Part shown: one piece after another, positions 23,573 through 37,027 of the stretch
How the letters are laid out: the number at the start of each line of letters is the position of its first letter
Numbering within the stretch: position 1 is the stretch's first letter
Assembly: GCF_000150275.1 (NCBI RefSeq)
Contig: NW_002060953.1
Coordinates: 1,523,693-1,587,692, forward strand
DNA length: 64,000 bases
From: Trichoplax adhaerens
Lineage: Eukaryota > Animalia > Placozoa
Direction: 5' to 3'
Translations under genes and position numbers: made by a program
Notes under the pieces: generated by a model
Told to the model about the DNA's origin: nothing
The model's database searches: none
The model's input: only the letters and a program-made list of their open reading frames with translations

Positions 23573-26287
23573 TCAGCCAAGTGGTGTAATTTTCGATTTA
23601 GTAATAGACTTATTAATCGATTCTGAAGGCTTTAAGTTAGCTACGTCTTTCTTTGCTCCAAATGAATAATTGGTTATGCTATTCAGCATACTTTGCTTCG
23701 AATTTAGTTCAGGCCGAAAATAAATAATATAAACTTTGGGTACGAATAAGCATAGGAATGGCGGCCCACTTAGTAGCAATGCAGTCAATGCAGCAATACT
23801 ATCTGCCGTTTGGCCGGATAAAATGATGGTAACAGGGAAGCAACATAAACCGAAAACTGTAATCATTACTGATGAAAGATAAATATGCTTGGATTCGTTA
23901 AAGTTATCCGGTAATGATCGCGTTTTATATGCCAAATATGTACAGGCTATACCTATTATAGCCATCCAAATTAATAGATTGATATCATTATAAGAATTTA
24001 AACCGTGGCAATAAAATTCAATTTGATTGTCTTTGGTGACAGCTTTGAAAACTATAAATGGATGAGCAAGGGTTAAGCATAGCAGAATTCCGTTGACTAC
24101 AACTAAAACGCCAAAAATGATTAAAAGCTGATTCCTGTTCTTAGTTAAGATTGCAAATTTGCTTTTTCTTCTAACTGATCTTTTAAATATTATGAAAACT
24201 TGATTGACTTTACAAAATATGGTGATGTATGTCCCTGTGACATACGTAGTCATTAGAAATGCCCTTAGATTGCATACTTTATAGCTTGGAGGAAGTAGAT
24301 GTAGCAATGAAGCTGGAATACTTAACGCGAAAAAGAAGAGTAAAACATTCATCAGGACAAAGTTAGATCCTTTAATAATCGGTGTTTGTCGGTGGAGAAT
24401 AATAGTAATCCAAATGAAAAGGAGACATAAGCAATAGACTGTTATTAAGGTGAGAATAATGATTATCATTGGACTTCGATAAAGTACATGCCCGTAGATT
24501 AAGGATAACGGTAAGCATTTCGTTTTATTCCTATTCGGTCGGGTAAAAGTTGGACATTCGGTACAATGTAGCTGGTTTGTCATATTCGATACGGTTTGCA
24601 TTGGGCATGGAAGACAGCGCCAGCAACAAGCCATGATATCTTGCTTTATGTTAGAATCCTGATATACATAATGGCCTGGAGGACAACCTGGCGAACATCG
24701 CGAAATAGGTATATCATACCATGATCGCTTACCATTCCAAATTATTTTTTTAGGATCAACTCGCAGACCTTGCTTTTTATTCCAAGAGCCAATTTTAATG
24801 GCTGATACACCAAATTCATTTTGATCAGCTATAGCTTGATAATTTATAATATCAAATGTCGATCCGACGTTGCCATTTTCATCGAAATTGAATTCCTTAC
24901 TAGAAATGCTAGTGAATTTAACTTTACTTAATATATCATTAAATGATTGTTTCATTAGATTCCACTGACTTGGTGGAGGGCAACTAGTCGAATTACACCC
25001 TAAACCTTGATGAAGAGCATGACCAAAAGCTAATACTGCATCCATAACTAATATTGATATAGTATTTAATACGTAGAAAGGATCACGAATTTGAGGTATT
25101 ATGTGAGCTAATTGATGGCATGGACGCATCATTTTACCTGGACGATTTGGCCTAGTAGATAATATCTCATCCCAAATTTTTAAAAACCAAGGATTTACTT
25201 TATTATTGCAAAGGTTGAGTTGGAATAAATATTTGTCAAATCCACTGATAGCTTCACTATCAGAGGAAATACCAATTGCTCCTCCAATAATATCAGCGTT
25301 AATTGTCATGATCTTTGACGAATGCATCCAAGTATAAGTGCCAATAAAAGTTTTACCGGAAAAATTTCGATTCTGAGCTTCTTTGAAAAATTTGAATATT
25401 GCATGTTCATCACCTAATACCACTACCACTTGAGAGCGTGAATCTGATTTCATCTTCACGACAATATTCTTGAGTTGATTAGAAGTAGAATTTTGGTAAA
25501 TCCGATATATGGCAGAATAGCATATCTTATGCGTATGATACGCATTAAACCGACTATTGCGAATCATGTTTTCGTCATCAGTTTCAGAGACTACGAAAGA
25601 GATCCAATTCCATTCAAATCTATGAACGATATCAAAGATATTTTGCATCTGAACTGAATGAGAGATGGAAGTACGGTAAAAGTATCGATAAATTAAGCGA
25701 TCATTCAGCGAGTTGTCGAAGGAATGATAACTAATTTGAGGAATTTTGATGCTGCTAGTTAAAGCCGCCGTTAAAAGTGTAATGGCATTTAATTTAGCGC
25801 CAATAACACCCGCAATTGAATTTTCTCGAAGCATTGGACTACTCATCGTTTTTTGAAGTAGATCTATTACGGTATCGACGTTAGTTTCTGTTAATGAGTC
25901 ATTATTGCGAGATAATATTTGATGATGTCCTTGCATGATGATATTGGAAATAACATTGGCCAAAGTAATATCAGCAGATGAACACGAATCGAGCAATGTC
26001 CATCCCATAGTAATGCCTGGTAATAGCGAGGGATTCCGATTTATCAAGTAATCAATCGCATAAATCATGGCTTGAGTATACTGAACATCCTTATGCCTAA
26101 GATGCATGCATTGATCTGCTGTTTTGTTATATGTTTCTGAATTTGCAAAAATACCCAACAACATGATCTGACCGGGCTTCATAGTATATTGAAGTGAATT
26201 TTGCTTGCTTTCCGCCAAACTCCAGATATGGCATAGCAAGACTAGAACAATCTTCAAATGTAAATACTCGATGCATTTAACTTTCAT
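23573..26287 (-). CDS. Class C GPCR, array copy 3, 904 aa
   Basis: Signal peptide, VFT, 9-Cys domain, 7TM with RSLPDNFNESK and FVPKVYII. Confidence 0.95.
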   Translation of the reverse strand: MKVKCIEYLHLKIVLVLLCHIWSLAESKQNSLQYTMKPGQIMLLGIFANSETYNKTADQCMHLRHKDVQYTQAMIYAIDYLINRNPSLLPGITMGWTLLDSCSSADITLANVISNIIMQGHHQILSRNNDSLTETNVDTVIDLLQKTMSSPMLRENSIAGVIGAKLNAITLLTAALTSSIKIPQISYHSFDNSLNDRLIYRYFYRTSISHSVQMQNIFDIVHRFEWNWISFVVSETDDENMIRNSRFNAYHTHKICYSAIYRIYQNSTSNQLKNIVVKMKSDSRSQVVVVLGDEHAIFKFFKEAQNRNFSGKTFIGTYTWMHSSKIMTINADIIGGAIGISSDSEAISGFDKYLFQLNLCNNKVNPWFLKIWDEILSTRPNRPGKMMRPCHQLAHIIPQIRDPFYVLNTISILVMDAVLAFGHALHQGLGCNSTSCPPPSQWNLMKQSFNDILSKVKFTSISSKEFNFDENGNVGSTFDIINYQAIADQNEFGVSAIKIGSWNKKQGLRVDPKKIIWNGKRSWYDIPISRCSPGCPPGHYVYQDSNIKQDIMACCWRCLPCPMQTVSNMTNQLHCTECPTFTRPNRNKTKCLPLSLIYGHVLYRSPMIIIILTLITVYCLCLLFIWITIILHRQTPIIKGSNFVLMNVLLFFFALSIPASLLHLLPPSYKVCNLRAFLMTTYVTGTYITIFCKVNQVFIIFKRSVRRKSKFAILTKNRNQLLIIFGVLVVVNGILLCLTLAHPFIVFKAVTKDNQIEFYCHGLNSYNDINLLIWMAIIGIACTYLAYKTRSLPDNFNESKHIYLSSVMITVFGLCCFPVTIILSGQTADSIAALTALLLSGPPFLCLFVPKVYIIYFRPELNSKQSMLNSITNYSFGAKKDVANLKPSESINKSITKSKITPLG

Positions 26288-29026
26288 TTTTCTCCGACTG
26301 CTACGAAAGATTTAAAAGCTTTACACACCGACTGTTGTTACAAAAATTTCCCAAGTTAGAATATTTCAACAAAGAAGAGGCTAACGACTTCTCTTGATTT
26401 TAAATGTTATAGTTTTAGATTGCAAAGTAATTTATTGCAATACTTTGATGATACACACCTGGGCTAAAACTATTTATTTATCCAGAAATAAAAGTTGCAG
26501 ATGTGATCTTAAGTACAATCTATTTAGCTTTTATGATTAATAATTAGTAGCACAAATTTAAGCTTTAATTATACCCTTGATTAATTAATATCTCCTAATA
26601 AAGGAACCTAAAATAGTTAAGCATTCCGGCTTTGATATACGAAATGTTTACATTTAAAGCGATCTTTAACTTGATACATAACAAAAGCGTAAATGACATA
26701 CATTGATATTTTTAAGAGACCTACTTAGAGAGAATTTAGAAATGCGTAATTACATCACAAAATTGATGTTTACGGATGCATAGTACTTTCCGTAAAAATA
26801 ATGAATAATATCTGGCCATTTTAAATAACTGAGCAGACAGCTAGCTCTACCTACAATTTATTAAAATGATAACTTTAAATTATCATTTCTACCTATACAA
26901 TTGATGCCATATTAAAATTTATATTAGGGCATTAAATAATGCTTTGGAAATGGCAGGTATTAAAGGAAAGCATTTAAGTTCATAAATGTAACTTAATTTA
27001 GTAACTCTGATAAAACGAGTATAAAATTTTAAACTAGGTAGAAAGTTAGAACATTATTAGATCTTCATATAAAATTACACTACACCCAGCTCCACTCTAG
27101 CTGATTGCAATTTTTAGACAGAACTAATAATCTAATTTTACCTGCTTGTACACTCTTCGTAACATTTGCAGCTACTATCAGTATAGCAACGTTCTACCTT
27201 ATATTAAAATAATGCTGATTAATTATTATTATTAAAAATATTTTACGGTCGATCACCTATATCAAATATAGAAATAGCTTCAGTATTTACCTAGACGTTA
27301 TTTCTGCCTGCCCAAGTACAATGAATTATCCATATCTAAATATACTCGTATATGTATAGTGGATAAGTTCTTAGATTCGCAATCCTATAATTTTAAATTT
27401 GAGTTATCAAAGTATAGTTAATCTCTAATGTGTTACAAACAGTCTGCACAGTATTTTATTGACTTTAAAGGTAGCATTTATTGCATCCGTTAGCCGTAAA
27501 AGAATTTTAATTTCTTCTTGTCATAAGAACAGTCATAAATGGCTAAAATTAAACCCGATATTAGCTTGTATCAAACAATTTAATACGAATTATACACATT
27601 TGTACAATGCCTAATAACAGTTCTTAATATGGCTATTATCTACAGCCTTATAGAACGCAAACTGTAGTATATGAGAGTTGTTTATCATATCAGTTATAAT
27701 TTACAATTACTTCATTAAGGCATACAATTCTGTACTGCACTACTATCACTGTTTTCCTTAACATATAAATACTGTGAATAATTAAAATCATTACGAAATA
27801 ACCTCTATTTTTACCTCTAGAATCAATCGTAACTCACTGCCCTACCGCATATGATCATCAGTGCTTTAAAATAAAATCTTCAGTTGAAGTCTATGGCTAT
27901 ATGCTACTAAATACAAGCAATGCTACCGTACAGTATGTTTTATATGGCTCATACTAAGTTACTTTATAGTTCAACCTATCAAAATTATGCAGTATCAACA
28001 GAATTATCAATAGCACGAATCAATGAGAAAGTACCGAAGAGACTTTGTCGACACGGTCTATAAAACTTTCATTACTGACATCAGGCTATTAAATCTTTAT
28101 GGATATTTCATTATGGAATTATGACTAAAATGTTGACTAGGATGATTGAAGATTGCTTAATTAAAACTAAATAGACTTCACTAGATAGGAGAAATGTTAA
28201 AAAAAGAAGGCTAAAAAAGTCTTAATTTCTACCAAGCTTAATCAAATTATTATATATAATTAGATTATTTCATAACAACGGTTACCATCTCTCACAATTT
28301 CACTTCTTCGACTAGGTAACGTACAGTAAAAGTCTATAAGTAGCTACTGACTTAAACGCACTTTTGCCTAACGTTAAACATACACAGTAAAATACAGTAA
28401 CGATGAAACTTTTATTAACAAAAATACATCTTCAACTTTTACCACCCCACTCAACTCAAATGTTCCCGTTTACATAGGAACCGTCTAATTTGTAAACAAC
28501 AACAGTATTTTTATTATACCTTACTAGGAGAAACATCTCGAGTTGAGATATTCCTTACATAGCTTTTACATTAGTAAATATTTTGAATCTCTTACTCATA
28601 CTTAATCTTAATCTAAGTTCGTAGGTTGTCTAATTCAACTATCATCAACTAGAACTTGAATCATCTTACTGCTATCTATCACACAATAAAAATCAATATC
28701 AAATATGTAATGAACGATTACAAACAACATCCACGTTAAGGCATTACTTATCTTACCTAGCGCTACAAATATGGATATTCTCCATACTAGCTACTACTGT
28801 ACTTATTAAACTATCCTAAAGACAAGGCAACACCGTCACACCATCAATTTACGAAATTAGACATTTCTAAAATTTTTGAAATTATAGTAGAATATCAAAT
28901 AAGTAGTTTATACGTATAATTATCTGATTGCAGATATAGAAAGTACTGTATGTGATCTCCGAGTTCTTTCTCCTATTCTCGCAACATATCTAGTCGTATT
29001 TATACATCACTCATCCCAGAATACAC

Positions 29027-31747
29027 TTAGCTGCTGGACGATTTTTGATCTTGACTATTAGAAGGTGGAGGTGAACCAATACCTGGTTCAATATTCCCAG
29101 AGGTAGGATATGGCTTGATGGTATTAAAGTTATAATTTGTAATACTAGCCATTGTTTCTTGTCGAGTGTTTAATTCTGATCGAAAGTAGATAATGTACAT
29201 TTTGGGAAGAAATAAACACAATAGTGGCAATAGCCCGAAAAAAAGGATAGAAAGTGCCATAACTTGATTGGCATGAACACTAGGAATGACCAACGCTGTC
29301 GAAATAGTACAAAAACTAACAGCTACGATCAATATTGATGTCAAATAAATATATCTAGACTCATTAAAATTTTCAGGTAACGAACGTGATCTGAACGCTA
29401 AAATTAAACAAGCCGTACCAATTATTCCTAACCATACTGACAAATTAATCGCGCTAAAATTATTCGGAATTTTACATCGCAATTGCATTTTCTGTTCTGG
29501 TGCCTGTATCTGTTCAACACTAATGGGTAAAAGTAAATTTAAACACAGTAAAATTCCATTTACAATAGCTAATACGATAAAAATAAGCATCGCTTGGCTA
29601 CTATTTCGAGTAAATCGTACAATCCTTGCTTTCTTGTAGACGGCATTTTTAAAGATTAAGGATACTTGGTTAGTTTTGCTAAATATGGTTATAAATATGC
29701 CGACTTGGGCAGTCGTCGATGCAAACATTCTTAACCGACAAATTGTGGCTGACGAAGGCAATAGATAAAGAAACGAGGCAGGAATACACGCCACGAGAAA
29801 AAAAAGCAACAAATTTGTTAATATGAAATTTGAACCTTTGACGACAGGAGTGTGCCTATAAATAATCATAGCTATCCAAATGATGACAGTAGCAATCAAG
29901 TAGAATGCGGTTATGACATAAAATGTAATAGATATAGAGCTGCCAAATTCGAACTGAGCAAACGGAAGATCAATGCATTCTGTATGATTAGAGTTTGATT
30001 GAGTTAAACTAGGACAACGTTTGCAATTATGAGAATTTGTGATATTGGAAATCATATTGCTAGGGCATTTTTGACATTCCCAGCAGCAGGGGCGCATTGA
30101 TAGTGAAATATTTTGATCATGATATAGGTAATACCCGGAAGGACAATCGCTAGAACATCTTGCTATCGGAATATCGCTCCATGATTGCTTTCCATTCCAG
30201 AAAATTTTATCCTTTTTAATAACTAAACCTTGTTGCTTATTCCAATATCCTATTTTAACACCTTTAACTTTTCTTCCTGGGATAGACGTTTCCTCTTGTA
30301 AATTAGTTATGTCGAAGGAAAACTGGATTGCACCATCAGATTGAAATGCTATATCTGGACTAGTAAATCCAGAAAATTGTATCTTACCAAGAACTTTATT
30401 AAGTTCTTGAAGATTGAAAATATTTTTTCGTTGATTTAGACAGTAGGTTTCATTGCAACCCAGCAAGTTGTGTAATGCTTGTGCAAATGCTAAAGCTGAA
30501 TCGATAACATGTCCAGAGATAAAATCGACTACGTAGTGCGATTTAAGATATTCTTTTAAGCTAGGATTGACTGTACAATTTCGCATGGTTTTATGTGCAT
30601 TTACTCCCATGTCCGTTAATTTTTGATGCCATAATTGTAGAAACCAAGGATTTTGCTTGTTGTTACAAAAGTCCAGTTGGTCAAGGTAGTCAGCAAATTT
30701 GAGCAATGAATTACTATTAAATGTTGAGCCTATTGCGCCTCCAATTATATCGGCTCTAATAGTATGGACCCTAGCTGAACTCAACCAGCCATAAGTACCC
30801 AAGAACGTTTTTCCTGTTATATTATAAGCTTCAGCTTGTTTAAGTAAATCATAAATGATCGGTTCACTACCGAATAATGCTATCACTGACGACTTAGATT
30901 GATTTTTCCATCCAAGGACAATCTCTTTTAAATCCGATATCGTATAATTATCATAAATTTTTGCCAAATCTTCAAAACATATACCAACATCTTGTGAGAT
31001 TAAAGGAAGAAAGGCTGCAGAATTGTCTATCATAACGGTACCGGCAATAACAACAGATATCCAATTCCAATTAAAGAATTTTATCAGGTCAAAAATAGCC
31101 CGCTTATGTACTCTTGCTGCGGCAGAAATACGATAAAAATAGGGAAAAAGATCACGATTACTTAGCAGTGAAGCGAAGGAACTATAGCTAATTTGAGAGT
31201 AACCAAGACTACTAGTAAGCGAAGCTAAAGAAATTGTAATAGAATCTGTTCTTTCACCGATAATCCCAACAACTTGTCCACCTGGAACGGTTGTACTGTT
31301 AATAAAGGATTCACTACATATGTTGTTTGTAACAGTGTTAAAAACATTTAAATTTTCATATTGTGCTAAAGTAGCTCGGTGTTGAATATCTTGTACAAGA
31401 ACAGCAGCTAGTTTTGCCGTAGCTCTTTCTCGTGACGAACAGGCATCAATTAAGTGATAGCAAAGTCTGATACCAGGCAATAACGTGGAATTAGAATTGA
31501 TCAATTTATCTACGGCATAGATCATAGCTTGTGAATATTGTATTTCTATCGGCTTTAGTCCTTCACATTGTTGAGTAGTAACATTAAAGTACAAGGAATT
31601 GGAAAAAATACCAATTAGCTGAAAATCGCACGATCTACGTAGCGCTAATTGCGATGAACCACGACAGACTTTACTGAAAAAAGACTGATGTATGATAGAT
31701 AAGTTTAATAGTGTAGCAATCCAACTTGAAATGCTTGAATATTTCAT
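29027..31747 (-). CDS. Class C GPCR, array copy 4, 906 aa
   Basis: VFT, 9-Cys domain, 7TM with RSLPENFNESR and FLPKMYII. It appears most similar to copy 5. Confidence 0.95.
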   Translation of the reverse strand: MKYSSISSWIATLLNLSIIHQSFFSKVCRGSSQLALRRSCDFQLIGIFSNSLYFNVTTQQCEGLKPIEIQYSQAMIYAVDKLINSNSTLLPGIRLCYHLIDACSSRERATAKLAAVLVQDIQHRATLAQYENLNVFNTVTNNICSESFINSTTVPGGQVVGIIGERTDSITISLASLTSSLGYSQISYSSFASLLSNRDLFPYFYRISAAARVHKRAIFDLIKFFNWNWISVVIAGTVMIDNSAAFLPLISQDVGICFEDLAKIYDNYTISDLKEIVLGWKNQSKSSVIALFGSEPIIYDLLKQAEAYNITGKTFLGTYGWLSSARVHTIRADIIGGAIGSTFNSNSLLKFADYLDQLDFCNNKQNPWFLQLWHQKLTDMGVNAHKTMRNCTVNPSLKEYLKSHYVVDFISGHVIDSALAFAQALHNLLGCNETYCLNQRKNIFNLQELNKVLGKIQFSGFTSPDIAFQSDGAIQFSFDITNLQEETSIPGRKVKGVKIGYWNKQQGLVIKKDKIFWNGKQSWSDIPIARCSSDCPSGYYLYHDQNISLSMRPCCWECQKCPSNMISNITNSHNCKRCPSLTQSNSNHTECIDLPFAQFEFGSSISITFYVITAFYLIATVIIWIAMIIYRHTPVVKGSNFILTNLLLFFLVACIPASFLYLLPSSATICRLRMFASTTAQVGIFITIFSKTNQVSLIFKNAVYKKARIVRFTRNSSQAMLIFIVLAIVNGILLCLNLLLPISVEQIQAPEQKMQLRCKIPNNFSAINLSVWLGIIGTACLILAFRSRSLPENFNESRYIYLTSILIVAVSFCTISTALVIPSVHANQVMALSILFFGLLPLLCLFLPKMYIIYFRSELNTRQETMASITNYNFNTIKPYPTSGNIEPGIGSPPPSNSQDQKSSSS

Positions 31748-31984
31748 GATTGATATTATCCAACTAAATCAGTATCAGGATATTCTATTACTGTATACGA
31801 TCCAAATCTCTAACACAAATGAAATGTATTTTACCAGGAACCAAACAGAAGCATATAAACACTGTAGGCTAGTACAATAAATTGATGTTTTATTGTGACG
31901 TTGTAGGGATCGTTTCGTCGTTAATTAAAATTTTAATTAGTAGTCTCGCCATTGAATGGAAAGTAAACCATAAGGGCCATAGTA

Positions 31985-32228
31985 GAAACAACAGTAATGA
32001 TGACTTACTACTAATGCAATTATGTGACATTGTATCTTTAAATTAAAATCTTGAATGAAACATCAAGGATCAACGTTAGTATTCAATTAAGGAAATCATA
32101 ATACAGTTCAAGCCCTTATTCTGTTAGGACTAGATGATATTAGGTTAGTAATTTATTTTATTTTATGTTGTCACTGTTGGTGATCTTGTACTAGTTTATC
32201 ACCAATTTCTAGATATAGAATATATCTA
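31985..32228. repeat. Diverged non-coding segment, copy A; homologous to about 42667-42900
   Basis: Shared ordered blocks: aacagtaatgat, ttaaatta, aaacatcaa..tcaac, tattctgtta, gtgatcttgt, tcaccaatttctagat. Confidence 0.7.
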
Positions 32229-35200
32229 ATAATAGGTATTTGTAGATTCTGTGAGTTGGAATACATGTATAATGCTTTTGCACTAGAACGATGACAGAGG
32301 AGCAGTAATTGCATAGGAACATCATTAATTAATAAAATTCAAGGGCATTAAAAAATCAGTAGCTATTCGATTCTTAAATTTCGTTGCTAGCGATATAATT
32401 TTCAATAATTTAAGACAGCAGTTAGCCAGTTTATGATTTTTGCTCTAAATTAACATTAATCGAAACAAAGTAAGACTGACTTAAGACTTTAATTGTTAAT
32501 TGAAAAGCTAATTGCCTCTATTAGATACAATAGAGAAGTCTATTCTAAGTATTCTAGCATCCTTGATAGATAACTAAACTTTTATTTTTATAAACGTAAA
32601 CCGTATAGTGATAAAGTATCTTCAAAATAGTAGAATATGAACAAGTGTTTCTCGTAAAATTTATTTTTTGTAGCATAAAATGTGATTTGTCTAAAATCAC
32701 AAGCTGGCTATCTTCAGTTTTACATGTTTCCACACACTTCAACGAAATCCATCGTTGAAGTACAACTGGTTACACGCCTATTTTAGGTAACTCAATCATA
32801 TCTCATTGATATAGTCGCAAAATCAAGAAAAAGTTCAATATCGATCGATCTATTGTGAATAACCTTTACTAATTAAGCCATCACGATGAATTCTTCATAA
32901 TGTCAACTTAGTGCAATCGTCAAATATCTAATAGTCGCAAACTATATTTATGGCTGCAAAAGTCAACTATCCGTATCGTAATTATATCACCTTAGAACAG
33001 ATATTAGTACAATCGTACGATCGAACGTCCAATTTCAATTACTTTCCTGCAATTTTATAGTCTTTTAATCGCAAGCTAATTGAGGACCGTATCGTACACT
33101 CCAAAAAATCAAGTTAATTCCAGCGTAAATGGGCTTAGTCAGAATTATGAAAACTGCGATCAATCTCAAGTTGCCAATGTATCTGTTATAGTCATTCATA
33201 TTTCATGCGATTCTTATGCGATCCATTAAGTCCAGCAATAAATCGCATATTATTTTCAAGTATGGAAGTCTAGAACGTAAGAAACGCTCGAAATCATAGC
33301 GGCAATGATTTAAAAGGTTTGTCTTAGTCCGATGAATTATAGTATATAAGTTTACAACACACCTTCAGTACGGAAGCCTTAAGTGATGATTTAATTAAGA
33401 CGCTAGACAGATGGATTGTATAGATAATAATAATTTTATGCTGGTCTATTGCAGTCGAATTTTAAAATGTATGTCATGACCAAGTATTAGTCTTTTACTG
33501 TAACTATAGGTTCGCGACCTCCAACTCTTAATGTGAGTTGTTTAAGTTGAACAAATCCTTTTGATACGCAATAAACCGTCACAACCGAGAGAGCAGTTTT
33601 AAAACCTCATTTACTATTCCGTTGTGACAGTGCTATATACTGTATTAGAGTAAAAATATCTATGTTAGGATAATTCTGCTAGACTATCCTTATTTGGTTA
33701 ACTTCTAATTTGGATATACTGTGTGTTAATATAGCACTGACTTTTTATGACAGTGACACTTATACACATACTGAAATTAATAGTTATAATAGGGAATGCA
33801 AATCATCTGCTTACAGTTCGAATCATTGTGATTGTAATTTACTTATGGTAGATTGTAAATTATCATGGAAATGTTCCGAGATAGGACATATCGTAATCTG
33901 GCTATTCCGTATTAGTCATTACATGTCTATGTTCATAAATCCTGTTGTCTGCATTAAGGGAGCAGTAGCTAAAATTAATATCTAGTTCAGTAAATGATTC
34001 CAATGTTAATTGTATTAACTACGACTCTTGAACTGTTGAGGAATAGTATATAAATGCAGTATATCGTGTAATAAAGTGGATTCTGAAACTTAGTGTTTAA
34101 CGTAAAATACGAGGCGTCTAAGTCTTTGTGTAGTCTGCTAGTAGAGCAAAAGTGTTTGTGATAGAGCAGATATCGTTCCTTGATACGTGGTTCAAGGAAT
34201 TGACTTATTGATCGCACATTACGTTATCTTGTTCCAAAGCTGTTTCGTGACATCCGTCTATTCGTGAGAGTGAATTCAATGTTCACCTCTCATATAATCG
34301 GTCGAAAACGGTCAAGATGAAACCTTGATACGATAGAATGATAAATTTAGATTCATTCGCAGTTTTTGGTAATGAACAAGCAGATATAACTTTTATAGCC
34401 TTACCATTAAATTAACGATATTTTCCTGATTCGAAATGTAGTACTATAATTGAAGTCGATTTTATGGAGCATAGTCAAATACACAGAACCAAATTGAGAT
34501 AGGGGAAAATGTCACCAATAATTGCTTTTGCAACGACAATCAGTATAACTTTACAACTGCTCTGAATAAAACAACAATGCATGCTTTCTTTTCGAGAGTT
34601 TCTTAAATCTTAAGAATAAATTATTTGTTTTACAAAATAGGGTTATAGATATATTGGCTTGGTGAGTAGTCCATGTAAATACTCTTACTTTGCTAGTCAA
34701 ACTTGACAGAGGTATTAAATGAAGAATTACCGTTAAATACTCCCTGTTACGAACGATAATAGAACGCTAACTATAATGAAATTAGATTCCTTAATTGCTG
34801 CTATATCTATGCGAACGATTATAGGAAATGAGTATTTTACTGAAAAATTTGAAGCATGTTTGGCAGTAATGTAGATTCGTAAGCATTAGAAGATCATATT
34901 GTAGAATTACTCTCGATATATTCAATGATATGAACGTGTATAATTAATGATGGTAAGATAGTTTGATCTTGATATATATTGCATCTAGAAGAATGGTATT
35001 AATAATGCCTCAACAAAGGTACTTCAAGCCGTGAGCGAGTTTCATTCCATGTTATTTTCTATTCATTTAATAAACAAAATGAGACCAAAGCAACTCCAAT
35101 TTATTTCATTATCTTATGTAATAATTTTAACTTTCGATAATGAAATTGAAGATTCTACTCGTAAATTAGCCACGTTAAAATAGAAATTATTCAAACCCTT

Positions 35201-37027
35201 GCATCTAAATTCAATATCTGGCCGTAGTAGCCCCATAAATGATTCTAAATTTTGATGATTTCAGTTTGGTTTTAAATTTAATATTAGTCATTTTATAGGT
35301 TCAACGGATTAAATTTTAATCAGTATATGCCCTGTGGCATAAATCAATTCTTTATTGATCAAAGCTTACGATTTGACTTATGACTGCAGTATATAGCTCC
35401 ATATCCCAAATTTGCTCTTTATGCGTTATTTTAAACTTTTATAAATTTCTTGTTTGTAAAACATATCTAATAAAAAGCTGAAATAGCTTTTCACAATAGC
35501 GTATCAAGTCAAAGCTCCGAAGAACTGCAGGGCAAATAGCCGTACATGTAATTTGTTTCTTGATGTAAACTTGATATAATAACAATTTATTGAAATGATT
35601 TTGGTTTACACGTAGACTGTATAACCGTATCTTTGCATGTGCACGGCAATTAATGTTCAAGCCAGAAGATTGAATAGCAATAGAAATTATAATGATTAAG
35701 ATTACATTTAATCACGAATAAAATCAGAAATGTGTACGCGATCACACTGTACTGGCGAAAGTTTTGAACTTTCTGTATTGGAAAATTGACTTAAAGCTCA
35801 AGTAACAATTCTTTTCAAGACAATATAAACTTTATTACTTTGAAAAGGTGTACTTATTAAATAAAGGATGGTAAGATATCAAATGAGAAGATAAAATTGT
35901 TATTGAAACAGTCATATTTGTAATAATAACATATACTGAATGTTTTTACATGCGAATACGCCGATATCGCATAAAATGAATAATAGGGCAACAACCCTTT
36001 AAGTTGTAAAGGATGATTAATTTAGTAATCAAAAATTTTAATTGCAATAAAATTAAAAGGAGAGTGATTTCAAAAATAATAGAGAGAAAAGTTGAAATAA
36101 CAATCATTGACATATATAATACGGGGTTGTTATTAACTTGTTAGGGTTGGAATGATTAATATTCTAAAAATAGCTGACAATATAACCTACTCATACTTTG
36201 CAAGCATTATCATTGCCTCATGAGAATTATGTAAAAGTATAAGTATAATTTATCTCATAGCTCCATGAGAAATAGGTAATAACTATATTAACTTTATATC
36301 AATATATTAATACAAGACAAGGTGTCATAGTTTAAAATTGTGACTAATTGGACCAAGATTGAACAACTTGTGACTATTTCCATAGAAAGCCAGCGCAAAT
36401 AGCAAGTTGATCATAATATTGGATGTAGGAGATATTATCAATTTATAAAAGAGAATATTTTAAGGATATACAATAAGACATTAGACAATATCAAGACCGT
36501 TAATTATTTCGTCTTACGATGACTGCTAGGGCAAGCATAAAAGATGTGAATCGCAAAATAGTCTAATTGAGTTGTTTTCGATAAGAGAACATTCCTTAAT
36601 TGATACCGTATGATTAATAAATTAACTTATAAATTGAATTGAGAATAGCTACCAGTCAACATGTTCCGACTTTGTAAGAATATTAACTATAGCAATTAAA
36701 ATCTTTTAGTCCTTATCATAAGAGTTCGATAGTGTTTTGATGACACGTTTTGCTAGAGATATTATTGTTTACATAAATATTATTTTAAAAGGTCAATGTC
36801 GAACAAAAATGTCATTGTATTATATAAGAAGTAAAACTTGACAAATTTCTGGCTCATAAAATGATCCTACATGTCTTTCATTCATGAAAAAGGTTTAAAT
36901 CGAGCGCGTAAATTAAAGAGGGATTCGATCCTCGTCTATCGAATGGCAATGCAATTCTGATGTTGAAATAACCTTCAGAATCTTGATCAAATTGTTTAGC
37001 CAGAGTTTTTGTTCAAATTATTTATTA